Origin: Cenococcum geophilum
Taxonomy: Eukaryota
NCBI GenBank assembly: GCA_050273025.1
Contig: CP158636.1
Coordinates: forward strand, 8,184,001 to 8,248,000
Length of the DNA: 64,000 bases
Reading direction: 5' to 3'
Below the pieces are notes generated by a model. The model was not told where the DNA came from and did not search any database. It saw nothing but the letters and a program-made list of their open reading frames with translations. Each line of letters opens with the position of its first letter. Positions within the stretch are counted from its first letter, which is position 1. This document shows positions 47,390-61,600 of this stretch, one piece after another. Both the position numbers and the translations under genes were made by a program.

Positions 47390-49660
47390 GAAGTATTTCG
47401 TTTTGTTCCTTGGAAACTGTAGTCTTCGCCGCGGTTGCGTTCTCGTCCTCTTCATCTGCATCTGCAGCTGCACCTCCATCCCTAACGTCTTCTTTTTGTG
47501 CGTTATTGAGAATGCCGTCGGTGTCATCAGCCGCAACATCTCTACTGCGTTGTCTGGAGTGTCGTAAGGCCGGACCCGTGCCGGCGGGTTATGCCGAGTG
47601 GATAGTACTGTATTCGCCGTGTTTCGAGTAGTAACCCTACACAAAATGAGTCCAGCTGGTCTTGCAAAGCAGCCCTACACGGTATCTTGATCAGGTCCCA
47701 TTTCGAGTGAAATTCTCCCGGAATACGGATCTTGACTTGAATCCTTTGCAATTGGCCCAGTCCTCTAGCCAGATCATGTTCGCTCAGAGTGTTCCTTGGA
47801 GATATGACGGACGGCAGAAATCGTGAAAACGTTGAGTACAAAGGTTCTCAGATCCTTGTGGACAATTCATCAGTTTCCGATATATCAGTTCTTCGTCCAC
47901 CAGGCATAACACCATAGCAACTGTCTACGCTACAGCCGTCCGATCTCTTGGATGCCGTGAACTGGCGTTTCTCGTAGTTATGGTTCAGGACTTATTTCCA
48001 GATATCAGTCTCCTTTGAGTCCGCTTTGGTGGTTGCCCGTACGTGAGGTGTGGTTCACTATCTCCTGATTTGAAGGAATTTCTTAAAATTAGCCTAAGTT
48101 GCGGATCCCCTTGCGTACCGTTTTATGAATGTGGGGATTCGTGGCGAGTAAGAAGATTCGAAATGACGTAGTGAAAATACCATAGCTTTTTTGGTGATGT
48201 ACGGTGCATTGGAAGGTGAAAGGTGACCCAAGCCTGCGAATGACAAGAAGCCCACGAATCTGAGATATCTCCGTTCTGTTCCGCTGGGGGAGCCTCTGCC
48301 CACGGCTGCGAGGAGTCGTCCAAGCTTCTATCACAGTATAGTTGGAGTTGAAGACACAAATTTGACACCGTATCACAGAAATCATAAGGCACAGCGGTAT
48401 AGGAGGCTTGATTATTGAGTGATTATTGGGAATTTCGTCATCTTTCGGGGGAGAAACTCTCCCTTACTAGCTCTCGGATTCTTAATAGCATGGAGACGGC
48501 CGGAATGAAAATCCGTCCAGGCTGGTGAAAACAAGACCAAAAGGATTTGAAATTGAAGCCATATTTTTAGAGAGCATAACGGAAATTTGAGTGCTCCTGA
48601 CGCATACCATTGATCGAGGTGGTGATGAAACCGGAAGTCATAAAAGAGGTGCACGAAAGGATCGGTGAGCACTGGTGGCTCAAAAAAAGTGGTTATCCGT
48701 TGTCCAGTGAATTTGGAGAGCCAAATTCTCTTAAAACGTCTCATAGTCCGAGTACTGAAATGTTGTGCGTTATATAGTTATTGCGATTTTGCAACGAGCA
48801 TACATTCTATTCCAATATTGAGGTCACCTGAGTAGAGTGCGGCTGGCTCGGCCGTAGGTCAACCGGATCGGTGACAGACTACCAATGTTGATAAATCACT
48901 TCCGTCTAATCCTGTTGGTGAGACGAATGAAAGACACAGACAGGAATTCTTAGCTTTGCAAGGAGATTTCTACTTCATACATTTTCGTATAGATCTCATG
49001 TTAACGAGGAATACTGAATCCATTGGAAGATAACATGGCCAGACTTCGGCCATTTCCCCCAGTAATACTACATGAACCACTCTTTGTAAGTTAAATTTTT
49101 TTAGGGAAACCGAGAAAGAAGCTTGTGACTAGTACTATGAATATGTTGAATGGAGAGAGGCTAGCTTATCAGAGCTTCTCGGAGCGGTTCAGTATAATAT
49201 TTTGAAAGACAGAGGGAATTGAAGGGGGTGAAAAGATACGAGTGCTTTTGTGCCATGGTAACGGTTGGTCCTGGTTATTTATGAGGCGAATGCGACTGAA
49301 TATAAATCATCCTTGCCTAGTACAGTTTTCTATAGATGAAAAGATTAATTTGAGGATAACAAGCATGTCAACATTATGAAGATGAAACAAAATACCGAAA
49401 CCTTCGGCCGGAATTCTAGAAAGCTGCGGGTAGTGTATATACATGAATCGGACTTTTTCCTATCTTGGAATGCTATCCTGGAAATAAACCCGCAGGTACA
49501 AAGATTGTGGCGAGTCATAAGAGTTGTAAAACTAGTCGTATGATTTATCGGCACCGCGGAATATCTTTGGAGGCCGTTTGGTGAATAGGCATAGTTTCTC
49601 CAGGTTTCTAAGAGGCGAGACGACTTCCATTGCCTTCGATTTAGCCACACCATCCATGAG
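47390..49660 (-). pseudogene. Possible decayed multi-exon gene of unknown family
   Basis: From ATG ~49657: MDGVAKSKAMEVVSPLRNLEKLCLF...D*FYNSY...LYLRVYFQDSIPR*EKVRF, with TAG stops, an intron-like stretch ending CTATAG (~49330), and further minus-strand ORF pieces. Confidence 0.3.
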
Positions 49661-52600
49661 GCTTGGAATTGGGTAAAATTATCGGCCGAAGGTGTGCTCC
49701 TGGAGATACTCGCTTGGAATTAATGGATGATGCCGCCGTAGGGCATGCCGGATTCCCCAAAAGGGATATGATCTGATTCTCAGGAATGCAATATAGCATA
49801 AACTTTGGACAACGCAACTCTGGCCACGATCCGGATATGTATAGGCCTGTAGGCATGCTGCAGTTACCACGACCACCGTCGGCTTTCGGGAATGTGAACA
49901 AGGTGTCTCATGCTCCATGGTTAATGCCGCAAATTACTAAGCTGCTGCATCTAGAATCAGCCAATAGCCTGTGATATGTTTTGCTGCTCGAATTGAGAGA
50001 GTTGCGTTTCCTGTGGCAAACCTGGAGGAAACAAGTAAGGCTCCAAAGATGATCGGTGAGAGAAGAAGCAAATGGTGTGATGAAGGTCGCGTTTAACGTC
50101 TGAGAAATTCCACCTTACCCCTTTTTGTTATAGCCTTATTCTAACCGCTTCGGGTCAGGAGGCCTGCCAAATGAGCTCTGCATTGTCGCGGAACACGGTG
50201 CAAACAATCTGCATAATCATCCAACACGCACCGATTCCCTCAAAGCTCCAATCAGTCCCCAAACTCATTCCACACTGAGTCAGTTATGCAAACCCAGTCG
50301 AAGGCCGCTTTTCATGGGCATTACTTGGCATGCATCACCGCTTCGGCTTCTTCGCCTACCATGATCCAGGAAGCACGCTTTGCCACAGCTACACTAGCTT
50401 GGGGCATGCATGCCATAGCTGCAGCAATATCTAGGATACTACCGCGGATTAAGGTTGCGTTGGACAGCTGGAGCAAACGTGTTGGCTTCAAGTATTCCGA
50501 TTCCGGGTTTCCCCCGACGCGCTCGGCAAAGTCGTTTGCACACTCTATCGATAGAGTGGGTTTGAAACAATGAGGCGGGTGTGGGTTACGTGGCAAAAAG
50601 CCGTTGAACCACCTCCTTGCGCTGATATATTGGAACCAGTGGAAAGTTAATCATTTTTTAGCGATTCTCATCGTACAGGCCGCAGTTTTGACCAAGACCA
50701 GGGAACGTAGAAGCCCAACTAATACCCCGAACTCCCGTCCTTGGACGTCAATCCCTTCCAAATGGATCCGATGCAGGCGAATACCAGCCCAAGGAAAATA
50801 TAGAGGGTGCCAGAAGAAGGCTGACCACATGAAAATCAGACAGCCCAATCCTACCCATAACCCAAATTCTTCCGAGCACCACGATGTTTCTAAAAAGCGA
50901 GACCAAAATACACCGTATCGCCCGGCTCCGTGTAGGAAAAGCCTCCGAGATTGTTGCGCGTGAGTGTTGTCAAGGAATGACACCGTATGGCCGGCCGAAA
51001 CGTGAGGGGGGAGGGATGGCGCCCAGCATCATCAGAGCCACTTCGGCGGCGTCTTCTCGAGCTTGGTGAGCGTATGGTAGGTCGTACCAGAAGCGTGCGT
51101 TTATTTGGCGACCTTGGATAACCACATAGCTGGACCAGGCCGTGCGACCTCCTTTGCAATCACGTCAGTCCAGACTCATGCTTGAAGACTTGATTGATTG
51201 TGAGAGAACGGAGCAGTGGTAGAGAAATCCGGCATGAGATTGAACATGAGAAGGATGCGGATGATGTGATGTCCAACCGTCCAACCAGAGTAACATGCGA
51301 CTCTCATTGGCACCACAATTGGACCTCTGGCAGGCAGAAAAAAAGTCTTGTTCTTACCTCGAGGATCGGAGACATCCTGCCAGCTAGGCAGTCCGCGATT
51401 GTATCTGGCACAGTACTCTAGAGTAGAATAGTTAGCCTATTACTAGCTCTTTAAATATGGAGAAAGTGTGGCGGTGACGGACCTATAAGCTGCTGCTGCC
51501 AACGAGTGGCCATTCTGATGATATCGCAGGAATGTCGCTAGAATTCGACGATGCTCTGAATGAGAGTTCTGATGAGCTGAAAGAGCGTGAATGGGTTGTT
51601 GGTATCAATTCCGATGAGTTTGAACTCGTAGCTTGAATTTGATGCTGTCAATACACTTCGAAATCGGGGATACTTATAGAGCTAGCAGGTAACTCATCGT
51701 AGGGCTTAATGAAACCACATGTTGCACGCAGGTAGGCACCCGGAGTCATAAGACGGTGTGCAAGGGGAAGACGCAGGTCTTACGGAAAAGCTCTGTGTTG
51801 TCTGCGTAGGGTAGCCTCTGAGAATGTGTCCACGGACCAGTTCGCATCCCAGGCCCAATACTGTGGATAGGGTGGGCCGGGCCGTTACCAGCTGCTGCAT
51901 TTGCCAACTTGCCATGGTCTGCATTGTATATGATGATGAAGCTCTGCAATTAATTCTCGCCAATGGAAGTAGGTGGAGAGCGGATGGCCTGCACCGGGGC
52001 AAATTGCAGCAGCCTAAGAATCGAAGCCGTCCGCGTGTTAACTGATGATTTTCCTATTAGATTGTCTCGTGGTTAACTGCGATTAGTATAAGGCTTACAA
52101 GAAAAGAAGACGGAGGGTGTTGACAACACCAAGAGAGTCGAGCATCATGCAGAGTGAGTTGTCTTCCCAACCGGCCGTGCCAGCGTGCACGATTTCCGAC
52201 GTGTTTCTGAGTCTAAGTCCTTATTGACCTAGACTTCCCGATATACGTGAAGTCAATCTCTGCGCAAAATCTCGGCTGATTCTACATTAGCTGTAAGTGA
52301 TGCAGTCCCATGCAGGATAGGTCTTCCACGCGGGACGGCAGACGGCCATGGCATAGCCGTTTGTTCGGTATTGGCGGTTACAGTGCGAAACAAGGTCCCG
52401 GGCCCTGAAGCACCTCTCGGCGATTGAAGGATGCAAGGACGGTTATCGTGATGACCAGCGGGTACCTACTTATGCTTCTCAGTTTGACATGTTGCTCAGC
52501 ATGTGGATACCGGCATTGTGGCGTGAGTTGTGAGAGGAGCATGATTTGGAAGAACAACCTCATCAGATATCATCCGCGCGGAATGGCACGCCTGAGCCAT

Positions 52601-53090
52601 ATGTCGCATTCCTTGCGCTGTTTCATGGATACGGGTCACTCTGAGAGTCGGTGTTGAGAATTAGGACAGGGAAATATATTCATCATTCGTCTCGAGCTCA
52701 TATGTATACGAAGTGAAGTGAAGTGAAGTGCAACCCAGTGCAACCAAATCACTCCGAAAGTGCCTTTGCAGTTATCAAAAAAATTTGAGTCCGCCGAATT
52801 GTGATTCCGCCCATAAAAGAGCAAACACCGCCCGCCCAAGTCTGACGCGATGCAGACCCAAACGCCAGACGCCTTCGCTCCCTTGCTTTAAATGCTCATG
52901 TACCGATCGAGAAGTATTAGGTAGATCTTTTTAAACCAAAAAGGCCAGACGGAAGGTCGCAGCCGTAAGTTTCAACGATGCGAGCAGTCACGCCCGTGCT
53001 CGTCGAAACGGAATTTATGTACGAGAATGGAATATGGAGTTCCGCCAGCGGAAGTGGGTCCAGTTCATGACCAACTCATGGTTTAGGACG

Positions 53091-54472
53091 CTACGCTGCC
53101 GCATGACGACTCGAGGTGCCACCACGAGTTCGGTTGAAGACCTCGTCGATGAGACGTTTTGGGCCAACGTACTCCATGTTCATCTTGAAAGATGAGTTGC
53201 GCATCAGTGGAATGTGCAACTGAGTGCTTTGCTTCGTGTGGAAGCGCCGCTTGATGCAGTCATCAACCAGAGCTATCAGACCAGTTGCAACGACCACACT
53301 TTTCATTACTGTTAGCCAAATCTTTGCAAACGGAGTTGCCGAAATACTCACTCGGAAATGTCAGTGAGAGCGTTCAGAATTGTCTCGTCGGTAATTCGCA
53401 TATAACACGGGGGTACCCAACCACCTCTTGCGGCTTCTTCATGAGCTTGATCCTGATTCAAACGTACAGGGCTAATATGGGCGAGAGCTTTGTCGCTGTC
53501 TGCGCGAACGAGGATATACGAAATGGTTTCGATATCTCGCTCTTTCTTTACAACTCGCTTCCAGGAGTAGTTATGACCCCAATACTCAAACATGTAGCGC
53601 TTGTTCGACTTTCCGCCACGCCTCTTGACGTCAATATGAGCATAATTGGAGAACTCGAGCTTGATGGTGTTGGTAGGTAACAACGCACGACCCTTGGAAT
53701 AGCCTGCCGACTTGGGTGAGTCATCTTCATCATCCAATCCGCGCATCGACTGATAACCCGAATCTGATCGCTTGAGACCTGATGGGGTTGGCGGTCTTGT
53801 TTCCGGCTTGTGCCTGAGAGTGGCGAATGCACTACTTGCTCGTTGCAAGACAGGGCGCTTCTCTGAAGGAGGCTTCTGGTACTTGCGGATAGAGTTGCAG
53901 ACTTCGCGACCGGACTCTCTGCAATATCTTCGTACGGAGAATTCGCGACTTCGCAAATCGTGCATCCGGAGATGGAAGAGTGTGTAATTCTGCTTGCCAC
54001 GTCTTCCTTCCACTTGAGTATCCACCCGCAGATTCATGTTCCCATCAATAGTCGCATCGTCGTGACGAATAGATATCCTCTTCGTAGTGGGAAAAAGGTC
54101 TGCAAAGTCTCTTGGGGTGGTCGGGATAGCGTCGACGGGGAAAACCTCGTGGTTGTACTGAGGGACCTCATACTCCGGGGAGTCGTCGTCTTCGGCCATT
54201 TCTTCCTCTGATGTCGAAGCGTAGGTATCTACTGAGTCCTTGGGCGCAGAGTACTGTGGTGCGCTCCTCTCGTCTCGAGAGGGGAAGTATTCTTGACCTC
54301 GTCCTTCGACTCGCCCATAGCATGTCTCGTGCTGTGGCATGGGTGGTCGGTAACTGCATTCGGTTGGTTGGGTGCTACGCGACTGATATGAACCATCGCT
54401 GTCGCTGCGTCCTGAAGTCGTACTGTTGCTTTCGCTGGGTTGATTTTCGCGCCAGTGTGTAGTTCGAGACAT
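53091..54472 (-). CDS. Conserved fungal hypothetical protein, two exons
   Basis: Exon 54472-53352, intron 53351-53299 (GTGAGT..CTAAC..AAG), exon 53298-53091. Blocks HDDATIDGNMNLRVDT, LFHLRMHDLRSREFSVRRYCRESGREVC, IKLEFSNYAH, GGWVPPC, DVVVATGLIALVDDCI. Confidence 0.88.
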
Positions 54473-57400
54473 GGTGTGGTAGGTATGGTAATATTGAAGA
54501 GCGAAGGCAGGTACACGAAAGGGAAAGAATTATAAGGCAAATAGTAATACGTGCTGAAACCTAGACTGATGAGGGGAGAAACGGGTATTGTGGAGGGACG
54601 TTATATGTATAAGCGATCGGGTCCGAAGGTGGTCGGGGAAGGGCTTCGGTCGAACAAACTAATTATGTAGGGACGGGCGAGCAGAATCTGCGCGGCAATA
54701 AATGGTAATGGAGGGAAGCAAAAGCAGCGAATGCCGTGTGGTGGGCAAATAAAGAGCGTGTGCAGCGTGGGATGGGCTGTCTTTAGTTCAACATGGCCTT
54801 CCGATTCATCGCTCGTCGGCGTCTTCGTACGAGTGTCAGACTTTGCAAAAGCCTTGAGACTCCCCGTTCTTGGCTACTCTGCCCATGCTGAAAGTACTAC
54901 GAATAGGATGCGCCGTCTGCACCTAAGCACAGCGCACGCACGCAGCCCCCCCGGTGACTTGCCCGATCCTGCCTGTGCAGCGCAACGACAACAAATCAGC
55001 CTCTGACGGCGCCCTCCACGCTGCACCTAGCTTTTCTCATCGCATGGCTGCAACCAGTTGAGGCTTTCGCGGAGAAAAATGCTGGAACCTAGACCCAAGC
55101 CGCGGCTGAATTTGACAGTCCTTCTAATCGCCAAGGACGTAGGAGAGAGGCTTTCAGGGCGGGGAAGACGCTCACTGAGCGAACTGAGCGAACGTGGTGT
55201 TGGCGGCCGGCCCAGCACTAAAGCACTCTACCTAGGTAGCTGCGTTCCACGGATCCCTTGGCTTGTTGCACTCGGGACCGCAGCGGGATGACCTTCATCG
55301 TCTGGTTACCCGCCCTACCCACGCCTCCTCCCATCACGCCGTTGACCTCTTGGTACCCACGTGCCGTTCCTTTTTCGTTGATCTGCTGCTTGACAAATGC
55401 AGCGCACACGCAAAATTTTCGATTTGTATGAAGCCAGTCAATGTCACCGCACTGCAAATACCTCAATCACGAGACTACCATCGCAGAATTCCTGTTGATG
55501 TAGTCAGAGATGCTCTGTGGGACATAAGGCGATAGATTGTGGGCGTTTGCGTTTCCTGGTCAGCCTTCTATTTCTGATTCGCCTCGTGGCTGACGCTGCC
55601 AGTGCCCCATACTCGTATGCATGAGACATCACACTTATTTTTGCCTTATAGCTGCTTTATTTCGAGGCTCTCAGCCCCCTTGCGACCTCTTCTTTCAACC
55701 ACAGGCTGGACGAGGGACTCGCAAGGGGGATTGATGTGCTGGTATCTTAGCTCCACCTCTGGTTTGAGTATACCCTCGCCCCGCGCCTTTGCCCAGCGCA
55801 AAGCCTCTCCAATGTGGAGACGAGGCCGACGCAGGAATCAGCCTGATGCAGTAGTCTGCATCAACAACTCCGCACTGGATTGCGTTTCCTATCAGCAGCC
55901 ATCCGTCCTCCATAACATGTAAGGCTCCCCACGTGATCTTTACTTCCACCTTTCACTTTCCAGTATGATCACCACAATCTACTCTGCCATCATCTAAGGC
56001 GTCAGGCCTGCACCAGCAATACCCTCGACCAATATTTCTGTGAGATGCGTTTTCTTCTCGAACTCTCCTTGAAATCGATTTTATCTGCTTCCATCTACAC
56101 GTTTTCAAAGTGGCTCTGCCCAGACCAATGAGAGGGAAGAACGTGTTTTGCTTCATCCACGAAGTTGCGCTGTCTCAAAACAAACATCGAACAACACATT
56201 TACCACCGACATGGTGCCATGTTCAAGGAATTTCTGGTGCCTGGCTCTCTCTTCTCCCTGCCTGCGACGCTCTCCCTGATGATCGCTAAACGCGCCGCAT
56301 TATCCGCCCTCCTGTACGAGCGCAAGTCATACACATCCCCCACGCCTATCAGTTGTCTCTTCGGGGGTAGATCGAGCAAGTGCTGGATCCGGCTTACCTA
56401 GAGGGCAGGAGGCATGGCGCTGATGAACCTTTCAGCCGGAACCGGCTGTAATTACACCATCTTCGACCACCCTGATTGATCCCGCATCAACCAAACACGT
56501 AGAGGCGATAACCATGCCTGCTTTGGCCCCGGGCGAGACCACCGAAAGGCAGCAGGAGTTACTCGATCTAATGCCGTTAAGCTTTGAGGAGGTAGCAGGG
56601 AGGTAGAGTCATTGATTTTGTTGCAGCTTCTAGCGGCTGTGCATCCTTCTGTCTTCCGCTGCCATCGCCACGGCATTACGTACCCCTCGTTTGAGCAACA
56701 TTATTCCTGCTCATGCTCGGAAATGAGAAACCGAAGGTCTTTCTTTTACGGCCCCGCTTTTGTTTCAGTGCTCTTTCTTCTTCCAAAGCTTCCAAAGCTC
56801 TCTTCGGGGATCATAGCAGTACCCCCAACTTCAGCCGCTATTCGACAAATCCGGCTACGCGTCTGTGCGGAGAAGGTGGTTGCCTGCAAGCTAAGCCTTA
56901 ATTAATGCCCCCAGCAATTGGAACCGCTCTAGCCAATCCGGCAACTGCGAAAGTTCAAGCGTGTGGGATCCGAATGACTTCCTCGTTCTCCATCAGCCGT
57001 CCCCGGCGCCTTTCCCCTCACTCTGCGTCTTGCCGAGCCCCGAGAATATTTCTGTCGGCATTCGTCCGCACTGATGGTGTCACGCCAGTCCAGTTGGACA
57101 TAAGCTTAATTGGCTGTCTCTCCCGAAGCCTAACGATAGCTATCGCAAGATGCCACCAAATCATTCGAGAAGGTGGTATGATGTATTTTCGGCAGTTTTA
57201 CGCGGTAGCGCAAGCATTGGTTTCCATGGTGGTGGTGGTGGAGAAAGGGTTGTTTTTCATATATCCTATGGCTACCATATCCCGTTCATGCCCAAAAATC
57301 CCTCCGTCTAATGTCTCCATCAAATCGTCACGGTCAGAAGATTCTAAAAAAACATTAAACAACGCGAAAAAGCACTTTATAATGGTCTAGCTATCTTCGA

Positions 57401-59199
57401 TCCAGGACTGGCGATGCGGAGTCGCCTCCACTACTTTGCGTGCTAATTGTAACACGGCTGCAAAATCACACGGAGTGGCAATAGAACAGCTCAGCAACAT
57501 GATATTCTAATAGAATTTATGACCTGCAACGCCTTTATCTCCCTTTGTTTTTACCTTCCATATCGAATAATGCCTCCGACGGAACCTTATCTGACGCTCA
57601 ACTGAGGGATATTGAGAGCTATTATGAGCCTACCCGCGCTGACGCGTGCTGTTACTTCAACACCAATGTCCAAAAAAAGCCCTCCGGTGCTCGGAAGGCC
57701 CCAGATGGAAGAGATCTTCATTTTCAAGTTACTTTTTCCTCTACCAATCGCACAGATGCCCTCTTTTTCCAGAAACTCTCCCAAAACAGCCGAGCCCTAC
57801 AACCCATGTACTTAGACAACAATCAGTCGGCTCTCGGATTGCTAGCAAAAGCATTGATCAACAAAAGTCGAATTACCACTTTCTCGCGGACCTCCAAGAT
57901 CTTCCGCCTCTCCCCAGCCACATGTCGCGCATTTCAATAAGATACCTAGCCTTACCCAGCCCCAGCATTCCCCAACTTCGCTGATCCCAAAGCTCCCGCT
58001 GTTACTCCGGCCTCACGGCAACGCTCAACAGCCAACAAGCCCGACCCCAACCAACCATGCCGATCGATGCAGGTACATCTCCCTTTCACTATGATCACCC
58101 TATAATCGCGAGATACACCTCGCCAACCGTCCTTTGCCCACGGGATGCAAGAAAAAAAACTCGCGGCTGCAACTAATCGTTGACGCCATCGCACACCCGG
58201 CACTATCGATAAGTGCCCGTTCCCAGTCAAGCCCTCGCACGCTGCCAAGCCCAGCCCAAAGGCTTGGCAGTCGTGCCGTCACCCCACATCACGGACACTG
58301 ACTGCCCTGACGCACTTCAGCAGGTTTTTTTTCCAATTTGAGATATTGACCCAGTCTGATTTGACATGCCTTGATAAATTTTCGCTGTGCGCATCACCTC
58401 ACTGCACTCTTGTCCACCGCTCTATCCTTTCGGTAATTACCACCCCAAGCCGGCTTGCTTACGAGAGATCCTCCTAGCGGTATTTTGCTCTACACCACCG
58501 ACCGGCCACCGACCGACCGCCGGGATCCGGCGAAACCGCGCCCGACACTCGTCTCGTTCCGGGCTGCGCGATGATGAGTGAAGCTGAAATCTCTTATCAC
58601 AGCTGACTGGACCAGCTGAGTTCAGCGCAGCGGTGTGCCGTTCTGCTGAACGGATTACTTGCCAAATGAAGAGTGTGAGAGCATGTATAGCTGGCCAGAC
58701 GTCATTACTAAATTCGCGGCTAATTCGGGCAGATCGCGATCCTTACTGACATAATGTTATTATTTCTAGACATCAAGTAGCTGCGGTTTAATGAGACGTA
58801 TCAAGATCTTGAGGGATGTTCAGCGAGACCCTACTGTCAGCGTTGCGTTGTGAGTCGCACAAGAGCAAAAGAAGTGTGACAGGACCCAAATGAGTCTTCG
58901 CCACAAAAGAAAAAATGTCCCGGGCTATAGGATATATCACTACTGAATTTTGAATACAATAAAGGAACCGAGGATGCACTCAGACAATTCCCACGCGTCG
59001 AATAGCTCGGCTGGCTGCAAACGTAAGGCGTGGTCGCAAGGGCTCATAAGCTGCGTAGAACCATTTCTATAGCCAAGAAAAAAGCCTACCTCTAGTGACT
59101 ACTCCTTACAAGCTATCAGTTGTCATGTATTTTCCATCTAGAGAAAACCCAAACCCATAAAACACCATATAGCCCATCCATCCCCGGAAATTGTCACCT

Positions 59200-60690
59200 G
59201 TGAGGCCGAAGTATCGAAATGACAGCCAACTTCTAGGCTCCCGCATTGACCAGTACTTCCTGGGCAAAGCTCCTTTCACAGCAGCCATCTTCAGGAAGTT
59301 TGCTTTCTCCTCCATATCTTTGGTCTCGGCAATCTTCCACTACTTGATAATATCGGTCTTTCTTGTCGCACTCCTTGACTCGAATACCATCTGGAACGGG
59401 TCAGGCTTGACAACGAGCAACGAGTTTGGCTTGTTCAGAGGAATATCAATCTCTAGGCCTGTAGCCGGATCAATCTTCCTATCGAGGTTGAAGGCCCATG
59501 CGAGGCCTCAGCAAGCGACGACTAGCTCGTCTTGAGTAAGACTTTAACCAAGGCACGCTCGCTAGCCCCAGCTGACCGATATCATTCCCTTGACATTGGG
59601 ATACTTCTTGAGGGGCCCCTGACAAGTGGGCCATCCGGGTTCTATCCAGTGCTCTGGGCGGTAGTTTTCCGGGTCTGGGTATTTCGTGGGGTTGCGGAGG
59701 AAATCCTTGAAGCGATATCAGCAGGAATTCGAATGATAGCAGTCATGTGGCCTACCAGTCAAGAGGGAGGATGTGAGTACCCTTGGGAATGAAATAGCAC
59801 CTGTAAAAGTCGTCTGCCTCAGCTTCGTGTGCTACAACTGTAAGAGTTGTGAGTATCTCATTCAAATGTTTGTAAATTCTGTCATTGCGTATCTGTGGGA
59901 ACATTTGGCTTCCAGCGCATAGTCTTTTTGATGCAGGCGCGGAGCACTGGTAAATTCGGAGAGTCATCCAAAGTTGGCATTCTTCCGTTGCAAACCTCGT
60001 CCATCTCTTTCTGACACCTGGCAAGCCATTCTGGGTGACGAATCATAGAAACAAGGAAACAGTTCAGGGGGCCGGCAACCGTAAATATACCAACGAGTAC
60101 CATCATTCCAATTACGGAAGACGCCTCGTCGTCACCAGATATACTCGTATGCTTCTCACTCTCGAGATACTGCCGAGTGAAACAAGGACGTTGCTAACCT
60201 CTCTCCATCTTAGCCCTAACATTTAGAAGACGTTTCATCCACCACGCTTGCTATTTGTCATGTCGTATTTGCTCACCGCGCTTCCATAGGGTTAAGAACG
60301 AGAGTGAGGTGCCATAAGGGAGTTAAGAGGTTTGTGATCGGCCCAGCCGGTGGCATCTGAGTGAGTAACCCCCACACGCTTTTTGTGCAATATGCGCTTA
60401 GGCTCGGGTCATCCCAAGTTAATTGGCACATAACCTTCGATGCCATATCCCCCAAAGAAAACCTGAAATTGTCAGTCTCCTCAAGCAGTATGTAGAGCCA
60501 TCTCTTAACTTAAAAATCCATAAGACCATGATACTGGGGGTTCGTTGTTTCAGTCATATGGGTGTGGGTGGGCTTCCTTTGATGAGACCGGTACTCTAAG
60601 ACTGGCGTGAATAGTAGCCTTTCATATGGGAGACACTTCTATCACTTACGGCTTTTGCCCATGAGAGGAAGGTATTCCATTGAACCATAA
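59200..60690 (-). pseudogene. Cytochrome P450 pseudogene (5'-truncated)
   Basis: CQKEMDEVC..RMPTLDDSPNLPVLRACIKKTMRWKP (ExxR mutated to KxxR), YFIPKGT, YPDPENYRPEHW (PERF-like), SWG*RACLG* (heme motif with stops); introns and frameshifts. Confidence 0.9.
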
Positions 60691-61042
60691 GGCAACAATA
60701 GGGTAGTAGGCAACAGGTCGACACAACTACTACATTAACGGGAATACTAAATCTCTAGACCCTTTTCGACGGCTTTCTTTTATATGATGATCCCAAACGG
60801 ACATTCAAGCTTCCGACTAAGAATAAGGCGAGATCGAAGCCTTCACCAACGATGGTTGTAATATTTCACTCGTCAAAACTGGAAATCGACGTTATTCCTA
60901 CGATAACTGCGTCCAATAAATTCTGGCCCGTGCGCACTAATCAATAAGGTGCGTTTGTGGGCGGTCAATCGTTCTGCCGCATCACAGAGCTCTCAAATGA
61001 AGCCACAAATATATTGAAATATCAGTATATTTGTATAGACCT

Positions 61043-61600
61043 CTATTTCTTGATGTTGAGTTGATCAACGTGCTCCTGCCAACAGGGTCCTACTTTGAAA
61101 TCGTCTTCGGATCTTGGCTCGGTGCAGTAGAAGTAACTGCCATCGATTTGCTCCAATGTAGTCCCAAACTTTGTGAATCGTTCCATGGTTAAAGTCTTAA
61201 GCCAATAATCCTCGATGCTGCTTTCTATGTGCAATCCTGTATGGACTAGCACTGCTAAATATGCATGCAGCTCCCGCCTTAATGCAGGCTTCCACCTGCG
61301 GGGGAACCCCTTATCCACCAGAGGCGGGTGAAGCTCTGCATTCTTGTTTGTATACTCCACAAGCCGATCTATCAATTCGTCCAGCCAAAATAGCCTGAAC
61401 AGTTGCCAGGGATCCTCGTTATTTATAGAATCTGGAAGGTTGGCTTGCCATATTCGTTCTCGTTGTGTATAGGGAGAGGATTGAAAGGGGGCAGTAGTGC
61501 GAGCTCTGGCGGTGGCTTATTTGCGACCCGATCTTTGGGAGCAACATATTGAGTAGGCTGCACAAGGCCTATGTCATTGGATACGTAGTTGCGCACCATT
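61043..61600 (-). mobile_element. piggyBac-like transposase N-terminal relic
   Basis: DPWQLFRLFWLDELIDRLVEYTNKNA...WKPALRRELHAYLAVLVHTGLHIESSIEDYW matches the N-terminus of DDE_Tnp_1_7; frameshifted; termini not found. Confidence 0.8.
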
